Shown here: one piece after another, positions 12,301 through 24,300 of the stretch
Layout: each line of letters begins with the position of its first letter
Numbering within the stretch: the first letter of the stretch is position 1
Assembly: GCF_964194155.1 (NCBI RefSeq)
Contig: NC_135908.1
Coordinates: 10,788,001-10,852,000 of the forward strand
DNA from: Cetorhinus maximus
Lineage: Eukaryota
Reading direction: 5' to 3'
Length of the DNA stretch: 64,000 nucleotides
The notes under the pieces: model-generated
What the model was told of the DNA's origin: nothing
Database searches by the model: none
The model's input: the letters and a program-made list of their open reading frames with translations, nothing else
Translations under genes and position numbers: made by a program

Positions 12301-15300
12301 GCCTTTTCCTCGTACCCTTGCACATTGTTTCTATTCGAATAATCATCTAATGTCCTGTTGAATGCCTCAATTGAACCTGCCTCCACCATACTTCCAGGCA
12401 GTGCATTCCGGACCACTCACTGTGTGAAAACGTTTTTTCCCATGTCACATTTGCTTCTTTTGAAAATCAATTTAAATCTGTGACTTCTCATTCTTGATCC
12501 TTTTGCGAGTAAGAACAGCTTCTACCTATCTACTCTGTCCAGCCCCCTCATGATTTTGAACATTTCTATCAAATCTCCCCTCAGCCACCTTCTATCAAAG
12601 GAGAACAGCTCCAACCTCTTCAATCTATTCTCATAGCTGAAGCTTCTTATCCCTGGAACCATTCTTGTAAACCTCTTCTGCACTCTGTCCAGTATGTTCA
12701 CATCCTAAAATTTGGTGCCCAGAACTGTACACAATATTCCAGCTGAGGTCTAAAAAGTGTCTTATGTAAATTCAGTATAACTTCCCTGCTCTTGTACTCT
12801 ATGCCCCTATTAATAAAGCCAAGGATGCTATATGCTTTATTAACTGCTCTCTCCACCTGTCCTGCCATCTTCATTGATCTATGCACATATACACCCAGGT
12901 CTTTCTGATCCTGCACCCCCTTTAAAATCTCACCCCTTATTTTATATTGTCTGTCTATGTTCTTCCTACCAAAATGCATCACCTCACACTTCTCTGCATT
13001 GAACTTCATCTGCCACCTAATTGCCCACTCCACTTGAAGTTCTACATCCTCTTGAAGTTCTACACCATCCTCCTCACAGTTCACAACACTCCCAAGCTTC
13101 ATATCATCCGCAAACTTTGAAATTATCCCCTGGACACCAAGATCTAGATTATTAACATATATATCAGGAAAAGCAAGGGTCCCAATACCGACCTCTGGGG
13201 AACTCCACTACAAACCAGCCCAAAAAATATCCATTGACCATTGCACTCTGCTTCCTATTTTTCAGCCAATTTTGTATCCATGTTGCTACTGTCCCTTTTA
13301 TTTCATGTTATTATAAGTTGGAAGGAAAAATCCAAATGATAATTTCATACAGGGAAATTTCTTCTGTATTATTTGTGATAGAAATTTGCTTAGCTAAATC
13401 TTCAAGTGTATATATCAGTAAGTACATTAGAATGGTGTGCTAAAGATATTCGGGCTCGTTGGTGTTCCTCAGTTTGTTTAAAGTTGTCCCCAGTTTTGCA
13501 TGTGTAGGTAGTTTGCTAGGTTAAAATTGTAAGGTGACTTAAAATTGGTGTTCCTGCACCTGTATCACATGAGATTAACACTAGAATTTTACTTTTACAG
13601 TATTTTCTTTCTCTGTACTTATAAATTGCATGTTTCATTCTGTACCTATTGTTGATTGTTGCCACAGTACCTGAGACTACATTGTATACTTACAACTTTC
13701 TGTCTTGTAAAACTATATTCAATGTTTGCAGTCTTAAGGTGGAAAGCAAAGTTACTCATTCTTACTGACTGTCCTTCTCCTGTGAAGAGGTCAGAGTTTG
13801 ATTTTAACCTTTAACTTTTCAACCACAGAAATTTCAGTACCGAAACCTGCTGTTGGAGGAACATGACATCTCTCTGACCTGTGTGGACCAGGTCGTGGCA
13901 GGTATAGTGCTCTTCAGTCATCTGTTCTATTATTCATTCAGATCAATACCTGGTCCTTTACTGATGATATGTTAAATCGAAATTTGCCAAGTCTTAAAGC
14001 AGTGAAATAAAACCCCAAAATGTTGGAAAACAGAATTTAAAAAGAAGAGTGAGAGATTAATACTTGATTGACTTTACAGTCTGTGACTGAGTTGCTGTTT
14101 GTTTCTGATTTTAATTATTCTTTGTTGGCTTTTGTAGTGTATAAATTAAGGAGGTTGGGTTGTGAATGAGTCTCAAATTGGTGCTTATTGGCCAGTCTCG
14201 TTATTAGAGACTGTCTGATTATGAGACTATTAGAGAAAGTTCTGTGTTTGACTCAGATTCAGAGTATCAAACCTCAAAGATTTTTTCTAAACTCCCTTTT
14301 TATGCCTGTACAATTCTTGAATGTTTTCTTCCTGTTTTTGTTCACCACCTAGTGCAACTGTGCACAGCAGGAATGGAGTCTGGGAATTTCTGGATCTATG
14401 TGGCTCAGTACCATGCAGGATTGCTAACAGCTGTGGAGAGCTAGTGGGTCTTTTAAATCCATGTTGGAATTGTGTTAGTGAGAATGTTTCATGCTGCCCA
14501 GACTTTAATCCATGGTTAGGCTATTTGCTCTGAACTTTCCTACCTTTTAAGCCTCATAAGCAGCTGTGTTTTACACACTATTCCTCATCTGTGCATTCTT
14601 TTTGTGTTAAAAGAAAGGCTCATTGTGCAGTTTCTTATAATTTTACTTATTCCCGGCACTTCTAATTCCATGCAACTCCTCACCACCTTCAGTCTCCCCT
14701 TTCACCCACAATCTACAGAGCCCAGGCATGGTATCACCAAGCCTTGTCCTTCAGATTTGCCTTGTTATCTCTATGGTTGTTTGGGACCTTGATGTTGTCC
14801 TATACTGTGGGTTATGACCTTTCACCCTTGGTGCTATTCTCTGCTGTGGGTTTTGACACTTCAACTGCAATTCTCAACCTGATTTGATTTAGAATTTCAA
14901 AGTTTAAAAATAAGTTTGGGTATGTGACTAAACTTAAGTGTGAAAAATGTGATTTCAATCTGGCAATTCATGTGCTTTTGAAACTTTCTTTGCTGCTGAA
15001 GGGCAGGATGGGAGGCCTGTACTATTCAGTGCCAGTGCCATGTCTTGGACCTAGTCTAGTTTATTTGCCTGGGGAGATGGTGGCATTGGGGTATTGTCAT
15101 TGGATTAGCATCCCAGCGACCCAGGTTAATGCTTTAGGGACTCCGGTTCAAATCCCAACACGGCAGATGGTAAAATTTTGAATTTGATAAAAATTAAAAG
15201 TCTGAACATGAAGCCGTTGCTGATTGTTGTAAAAATCTGGTTCACTAATGTCCTTTAGGGAAGGAAATCTGATGTCTGGCCTGCATATGACTCCAGATCT

Positions 15301-18300
15301 GCTGCAGTGTGGTTGACTCGTAAATGCCCTCTGAACAAGAGCAATTAAGAGATGGGAATCATGGGCAATAAATGCTGGCCTAGCCAGGGATGCCCACATC
15401 CCATGAACGAATAAAAGAAACCATCCCCTGTACTTGTAGTTGCACCTTGCTGGACTGCGCCTGTCTCCATCCTGGATCAAGTATCACCAGTCCACAGTAA
15501 ACAATAAACCTTCTTTAATGAATGTGTGCAGGAGCATATTTGCCCCTCTAGTGTTTTTAACATTTCTATTCAAAATAACTTGGTCCTGTTCTGACTATAG
15601 CTGTAGTCAGTAGTTAATCTATGGGCAGCCATTGAACAAGGTTGCTGCAAATTGGAGGACTCGGCTAGGTCAAAATCCCCTATTAAAGGACGATTGAAGC
15701 CTTTTTGAGTTGTTTCAGTCAGATTATCTTTGCTAGCCGGCCCCTGTTGTTCCCTTCTTGACGTTATCTTAATGATAGCTGACAGCCTGCATCCCCTTCT
15801 TGCACTGTACCCAAGTGGTTTTAGAATTCAATGGGTGCCATCAACACCTGTTACCCATGAATGAGCATCGGCAGAATATTTGGCCATGATCCATTAATGT
15901 AACACCCTGATTGGTATTCTCAGCCCAGAGGCATTGAGGCTAATTGTATTTTTGCTGAGGTCAGCTAACTCAACACAAACTAGGGTTGGGAACACCTTGC
16001 AAGAAATAATAATGAAGCCAGAACTAACAATCCCTTTTTAAAGGGAAGTAGATAAATATTCTGGTATGTGAGGCTGAGTATCATGAAGGAGGGTAAGGCA
16101 TTGGTGCGATTGTTTAGTAGTGATGCCTGTGAGCTAGTTGGATCTTGTCATTTGGTTGCAGTCAGTATCTTGGAGGGCCACACTGCTTCTGTGGATAATC
16201 TGGAGCAAGGGCTTATCTGCATGTACCTAATACCTAAAGGGATCCAAACACTGAAAGGAATCCAAATTCATCCACAGTCAGCTCAACAGATTTGGACACA
16301 TTGTTAGTTACATGAAAGCAAATTCCACCATAGAGTCTTCAGGGTTGGAGAAATACCTGGAAAAACTCAGCAGGTCTGGCAGCATTGGCATAGAAGAGCA
16401 CGGTTGACATTTCGAGTCCTCATGACCCTTCAACAGAACAGTTGAAGGGTCATGAGGACTCGAAACGTCAACTGTGCTCTTCTCCACCGATGCTGCCAGA
16501 CCTGCTGAGTTTTTCCAGGTATTTCTGTTTCTGTTTTTGTTTTGGATTTCCAGCATCTGCAGTTCTTTGCTTTTATATTTGAGTCTTCAGGGTTGATGCG
16601 CGAAGATATTTTGATGTCCAGTGCTTTGTCTCTTGAGAACTAAAAAGCTAATTTCATGAAGGTAGGCGTGCAAGGATTGGGGAAGTGGCAGATTCAAGCA
16701 AAAGTCGGCGCACTGAACTGTGAAAAGTCTTTAAAAGAAAAAAGGAACTGGGGACAGAATGTGTGTAGATTCTGAAAGGCGCTGCTGCTTAATTTACTAC
16801 ATATTTGCAAAGTGTGTGCATATGCGGCATGCACATGATGTGTGTGTGTTTTTCACTTTAATGTGTCTGCCTGTGGCAGAGTTGGTCAGGCGGAGCTTGT
16901 TTCTGACCATGGGTTGGTTTGATGTTCTATTTTCCTTTGTCCAGTGAACGATGAGAGAAAGAAGAGGAAGGTTCTTGGACCCAACCAGTGCCTGAAGTTT
17001 AAACCTACCGAGCTGATCATTTACTGCAAGGATTTCCGTATCATCCGCTTCCGTTTTGATGAATCTATTCCAGAATCTGCTAGAAAGGTGAAAAGTGTAC
17101 CTGGATATGGTGGGCACAGTGTGGCTCTGGGTACTGGTTGTTTGGTGGTTGTGCAGACAGACTAACTACATGAAAGAAATGACAGAAATGGAAATGGAAA
17201 GCTGGCACTTGAGACAGGGCTCTCCTGTCTGAGTTGTGTAGCTGCTCTCTTGATGAATGGTAGTGATTGTATTGTGTGTACAATAAAACTGAAAAGAGCC
17301 TGGAGTAGTTCAGGAGTGGTCATGTGCTGTGCATGAAATGCTCTTTGTGTACGGCAGGAATGACTAGTGAGGTCTCTACCCCAGTGTGGACTTTAACTAT
17401 TTACTACACTTGCAAGCTGTGAATAATTGACCTTTCCTCCTCTTACAGGACTGCCATTTAGTAGAAGGTTTTCCCAAGTAGATAAAAGTACAAACTGAGA
17501 AGTTAGCTTTTCTTTAGCGTTTGCTGAATTCTCCTGAATCTGATATTTGCTGGAACATTATGGAAATGTAACTTTCTAAAAATCTTAGGATCTGGGATCA
17601 GGGGTTGCTAAAGTTAGCCTTAGTATCCAAGGCTTGGGTGGGTGTGGGTGGAGGGGGAGAAAGTAAAACAAATTCAGGATTTCCACTGTCATTATTATCC
17701 TGTTAACCCTGCAGAAAATTGCACGTGTGGGGATGACAGGTGATGACAGGATTGGGGTGAATGTCCTATTGTTTTGTCCACTGTCAAGTGGCTATTGGGA
17801 TGCTGCTGATGCCTCCTGCAAGGAGTAGCACCATCTGGTGTGAGGGGCAGCTGAATAGAAACATCCCTGGTTCCCACTTAGCATGATGAGTTATTTTGGA
17901 TCCCCAGGCTATTTTCTGTTGACACTTTATAGTTATATTCGAAACCCAAGGCCCAGTCTACGGCCACTGGAAGTGCTGAGTGCACTTTCCTGGCCCAGGA
18001 CGATATTCAACCCAGAAGGTCCTTGTTTAAAATTGTCTGGCCGGACTGCTGTGTAGTTATTGACTTGACCAACTTTACCAAAGACCCAGTACAGACATGA
18101 TAGGGCAAATTGCCTCCTCCTGTGCTGTATAATTCTATGACTCTGGGTATTTGCAGGAGGAGGGATTGCGTTGGTATCGAACCTTTCCGCAAGGTCTCGA
18201 GGCCTAACCGTAAAAGCATGAGATAGTGACTTATTTTTGGGAGAGTGTCAGACTCTGCCATTCAGGACAGAAGTGATGGTGAAGGAGCAGCCTGGGAGCT

Positions 18301-21300
18301 GAAATATTTTCACTTATTAATGCACTAGGTCTTACATGCTGGATGCCCTGGCAACAGCAGCAACTCGTAAGTTATAGTGCACCTTTTAATGTAGTAAGAT
18401 GTCACAATATATTTCACAGGAGTGTTATCAGACAGAATTTGTCACTGGAGCTCAAAAGGAGCTATTAGGAGGGGTGAACAGAAGCCTGGCTAAGGGGGTA
18501 ATTTTGAAGAAACACCTTAGAGGAGAAAGAAATGGAGAGATGTAGGGCAGGAATTCCAGAACTTAGGGCCCAGACAGTTGAAGGCAGAGCCTCAATGGTG
18601 GAATGATTAAATTGACAATTTGTGAAAAGGCCAGAGGATCGCAAGCATCTTGGAGGCTTGTAGTGCTGGAGGAGATTATTGAGATGGGGAGGGGTGAGGC
18701 TGTAGAGGGTTTTGAAATAAAGGATGAGAATTTTAAGATCAAGGTGTTGCTGAACAGGTGGGCAATCTAGGTCAGTAAGCACAGGAATGATGGGTGAACA
18801 GGACTTGAGTTCGGATATGCCATTGGACCTGGAGAAGAATGAAACTAGATCCTAATGAACCTTAGAGTGCATCCTTTTTGGCAGCTTTTTGGTTCCCCAA
18901 TGTCAAAGCACCTTTGGAGAACAGCTGTAAACTTGGGTTCAGAACCGTGTGGAGGGTAATCATTTCACTTTAGCAGGTTTGGTGACTGCTGCCATTGTGG
19001 AGAGTCACCAGAAGAATTTGGGCCATTCTTTAAAACTGTGACCTGACAGCTCCACCATTTCTGATGAGAAGCAGAGGCGACAGCTATTGGTGCAGTTTCC
19101 GCAACCTGTCCTTAATTGTGGATTCCTGCTTTATTCCAGATCTGCCTTGTGATTGCGCATTACTCTCAGCCTAAAGATCTCCAGTTGTTGTTTGGGTTTG
19201 CATATGCCAAGGAGAAGTGCCACAATTCAGGTAAGACGGTAGGAATATCACTGGGCACCAGGCACTCCGTCATTTGATGGTATTTGTCTTCTGGTGTTTA
19301 TTTGCCCCAGTGAGTCACATTTTTTACTGAATGGATTGTGCTCAACAATAACACTTGCATTCACTTGCAGAGTAAGCAAAGTTTCCTGTAAACTTCTCGA
19401 CAGGCCTGGTATTATCAGTGCAGTGAGTAACTGAGCTGTGCAGGTCAGGCTCTGCACTGAGTTCACTGTCCTTGGCTGGAAGTCTAGCCTTATACCTATG
19501 AGCTGTGGAGGGGAAAATTCAGCCAGAGTTTCTGACCCTGATCACTCTTATTGGCCCTTTTGGATTGTATGCTTGAGAATTATCATTTGAGGACAGGATT
19601 GGAGATCACTGGAACTGGATTTTATTGTAAATTGACCAGTTCTGGAGGTGAGGAAGGAAAAAGTGAAAAATTAAAAGAAAAAAAACTGGCATTTATACAG
19701 CGCTTTTCATGACCACTGGGCATCTCAAAGTGCTTTACAGCCATGAAGTAATTTTCAAAGTGCAGTCACTGTTGTAATGTTAGGAAGTGCAACAAGAAAT
19801 AATGCCCACCAACGAGAATCATTTTGCTGTAAAGCTACAGAGTGTGGCGCTGGTTGGGGAATCACATGATCCAATATTGGTGCTTGATTACAGTCAGAGA
19901 CTTCTGTCTCGAGTTACTGATGGAAAAATCTCTAAGTCACGATTGTCTTCTCTTAGTTGACAATATGAATGGAACAGACCCAGAAATGGATGGACTGCAG
20001 ACATCACTGTTTGAAACCTATTCAGACTGGGATAGGGAGATAAAGCGGACAGGGGCATCGGAGTGGAGGGTTTGTTCTGTCAATGAACACTATGCTACTT
20101 CTACGAGGTAAGAAAACTTCAGAAACATTGACAATGGCTTGGAAACATGCAACAGTGTTTAACATGGTTGTGTTTCACTAAGTGAATTAGATATCTAGAG
20201 TAAGTGAGAGTTGGGGACGGGGAGTTTGCAGGAGACGGTGGAGGGCGATGGAGTGGTAGAGAGTGGGATTAATCTGCTCTGTTGCTGTATGTGCAGAGTT
20301 TGAGTACCAATGCTTTAATGTGTGAAGTTTTACTGTGTTCATTCTATTGTGGTTTTTCAGCCTTCCGGAGTACTTCGTTGTTCCATCTTCTCTGGCGGAT
20401 GAAGACTTGAAACAGTTGGTTCCTTCTTTCAACGGTGACCGAATCCCAGTGAGTGTTGATCTGTAATCACAGTGCACATGCTTTCGTTTGACAGTAAGTG
20501 AACCGGAGGGATTCCCCAATGGTTTAAACACTTTAGTGCATCCAGACCTCCAGTTCTACTGTGTGCATGCAGCACACACCTTTAACTGGATAATTTTATT
20601 GCCTAGAGTGTTAATACACATGGCGCAGCAGCAGCACCATAAGCTCTTTGTGCTTTGGCTCTGCTTTCTGCATTGAGCTAGTGCTTCGAAATAAGGTATG
20701 GAACACAGCAAAAAGTACCAGGCAAGGGAAGTAACTCCTTCACTTTTATTTATACTGCAGGTTAATATATGTACAGATCAGACTGAGAGGCTAGTGAGAT
20801 TTGGAGGAGAAATATAGCTGCTACTAGGCAGAAGGCTCAGATCTTAAATATGGAGTTTATTCCTATAAAATCTACTTGGACATAGACACTAGGTAAAAAA
20901 GGGGGGTATTTAGCGAGGGGGAACACCTGGAATAAATCTGTTCTGGCCATACTGACTTTACATGTGTGCGGCCTGTAATTTCATTCCATCTGAATAATTC
21001 CTTCTACTTTCCATTTATGAAGTAACAGAATTGTTTGTAAAACCTTTGTAAAAGCAGTAAAAAATTTCAAATGAAAATGAGGGCAGTTTACAGATTATGT
21101 AATTAATTCATTTTGTGAGTGCTGTATTTTTGAAAGAAGCAAGGATTGTGATTGAGTTGGAAGGTAAAGCTTTGCCTCTGATTCTGTTACAGATGTGGTG
21201 CTGGCATCATTGGACTGGCAGTGCCCTGGTAAGAATGGCCAACATTAAACCTGGGCCAAAGCTGAGAAAACACAATACAAGGTAGGGAGATAGTAACCCT

Positions 21301-24300
21301 GCCTATCTCCAATGTTTGGCTCAGATTATTGATTTCCAATATGAATCAATTCCTCAACTAGTCACTAATAACCACATTGTGAGACTCTCATTGGGGGGCA
21401 GTTCGTGAAGGTGCTGACTCTCACTGGGGGAAGGGGGACAGTTCCTGAAGGTGCTGACTCTCACTGGGGGGCAATTCCTGAAGGTGCTGACTCTCACTGG
21501 GGACAGTTCCTGAAGGTGCTGACTCTCACTGGGGGAAGGGGGACAGTTCCTGAAGGTGCTGCCTCTCACTGAGGAGCAGTTCCTGATGGTCTGGAAGATG
21601 CTGGGTTGCCAATGTTGTTAATGCTGATGTGTTCCTCAGTAACATTGTTGAAATGTAACAGAAACTTCTCTTCCTTGTAGAACAAATGCAAGCTGCCTGT
21701 CTTGAGCTAAGTGCTGTATAACTAAATCTTCTCCTATCTTTGTTAGGATCCTTAAGGCAATAGCACAAAGTCATCCAGAGAAGAGTGAAGTATTTAAATC
21801 TGACTTGGATAAGAATTTACCAAGTATATCAGAGGTGCAGGCAGCGTTGGTGAGACTCAAGCAGCTGTGCATTAATGGTGAGGTGCGATTCAGGACTTCC
21901 CAACATTGTGTTTCTCGTGTTTGTGTTATGCTGAATTCCACAGAAATAGTTTGGATTGTTTTGTGTGCAGTTGGTTGGTGGGGGAGTTGTTTGTGTCCCT
22001 GTGGTTCCTCGTCTTTGAGACGATTGGAGTTATGTTGTCCCAGTTGCATGCTGTTGTGTTCTCAGCTGACTGGTCTCAGTGCCTGGGTTAGGGAAGGCAG
22101 GTAACAACAGATCACCATTGCTAGTGATTGCTCCCCACTTACCCATGCTGCCAATCCTGCATGTAGATGGTGGGTGAGGACTGAATTGGCCCGCCATAAA
22201 AAACAGTTTCACCTGGCAACATGCTGAGCCAATACTCGCTGTCAGGATTGACTGACTTATCGATGGTCATTGGATTGTGAGCATTCTGTGGAACTATGTC
22301 TTTGTTTGGAGTCATGGGGTTGTGGAATTGGCATTGCAACATTTTCTTCAGAAGTTGTTTCACTAATACCTTTCTCGCTGGCCCCTCATCGTCCATAAAC
22401 TCCAGTGGTCAGCTGCTGTAATCTGTACTGTTCACCCATCACCCCTATCTTCATTGACCTACACCAATTTCCTATCGCTGACATTATTACGTTTAAAATC
22501 ATTGTCTTCCTTTTCAAATCCATCCATGGCCTTGTGTCTGTAACCTTTTCCAGTCCAGGCTGACTGTGTTTCCTCTTCTTTTCTGTAAGCCCCGCCCTCC
22601 CTGAATCCTTTCCTAATTTAGCCCCCCTCCCTATCCTCTCTCACCTTCTCAAACCCTTTGCCCGCCTGCACCCCCCACAAAACCCTTTCCCTCTGCACTT
22701 ATTCTCAATCCTTAAAAGCCATCTGAAAACTAGCTGAGCTTTTTGACCAAGGCTTTGATAAACTTGTCCAGCCCTTGCTCCTTGGTTCTGCAGCTGCTCC
22801 TTTGTTGCCTTTATCAATTGCTTAACTCCTTATTTGCCCCCCCTGCCACCACAAACAGCCCCCCACCAGCCCCAACCTGGTAAAATGCCAGGGATCCTTT
22901 CTATATTAAAGTTGCTATTATAATTGAGAGTTGGCTAATTGTCCAGTGCAGTGGATACACCTTGAGGTTCTTGATAGAACTGAGTTAGATACTTGCAATT
23001 CCATTACCAGGAAACTCCCTGTTCCCAAACATCTGCAATCTCTCTACAACCTTTTGATTAAACAGCAAATAATCATATGAATGTGATTTGCTTCATTGTA
23101 GATTTATTTGAAGAAACAGATGAGAAGTGGCTGTCCTCTTTAGAAAACACTCGGTGGCTGGAATATGTCAGGTAAGAACAAGAAGCAGGAAAGAGAGAAG
23201 GCCACTCAGCCCATTACGGACATATCCAACTACTGATATTGAGTTAAAAGCAAAATACCGTGGGTGCTGGAAATCTGAAACAAAACTAAAAATAGCCGGA
23301 AAAACTCAGCAGGTCTGACAGCATCTGCGGAGAGGAATAGAGTTAACGTTTCGAGTCCGTATGACTCTGATATTGAGTGTTGATTAAGGGCGCCAGTTCA
23401 ATATTGAATACCTGAATTCTTTTGTCAATGCTGCTGTGTTTCCAGATCTGAAAGCATTTGGAACAGGAGAGGGCCATTCAGTCCCTTCAGCTTACTCTGT
23501 CAAGCAGTCATAACTGATCTATATCTTCTTCATTTCCCCTCTTGGGGGAATCCATACCCCAGCATGGGTCAAGGCCCATGGAACCTGTACTCCGGTAGGA
23601 GTCAGTGCCCACAGAACCTTAACCCCAGTGTGAGTCAGTGCCCATGGAATCTGTACCCTGGCGTGAGCCAGGACCTGTAGGATCATATCCAACGCAGCTC
23701 AGTGCTGTCAGGGAAAGAGAGAATAAAAGGAAATGTTTGTTTTGAGTGAACTCTGTGTGGTCTTCCTATTTTCATAGACTGTTCCTGAAGCACTCCACGG
23801 AACTCTCTCAATGGGTGTACAGCGAGAACATTTCTGTCATCATTCAGGGTGAGTAATAAATTTTTCACATGGTTAATAATGAGCATCCAGTGCACGAGTT
23901 TGAGCCGTGTCTTGTGTACAGAGCAATGTCAGGTGCATCCTATCCAGTCCTTAGAGCAATATTCAGGTGCTCCCTGTCCAGTACACGGGACAATATTCAG
24001 GTGCACACTGTCCTGTACGCGGAGCAGTATTCAGGTCCACCCTGTCCAGTACACGGAGCAATATTCAGGTGCACCCTGTCCTGTACACAGGACAATATTC
24101 AGGTGCACACTGTCCAGTACACGGAGCAATATTCAGGTGTACGCTGTTCTGTACACTGAGCAATATTCAGGTGTAAGCTGTCCTATACACGGAGCAATAT
24201 TCAGGTCCACCCTTTCCTGTACACGGAGCAATATTCAGGTCCACCCTGTCCTGTACACAGGGCAATATTCAGATCCACCCTGCCCTGTACATAGGGCAAT

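Noticed and set aside
15075-15160. tRNA-like A and B boxes
   Set aside because: No cloverleaf; it is the head of a SINE with a second copy at 24665-25065.
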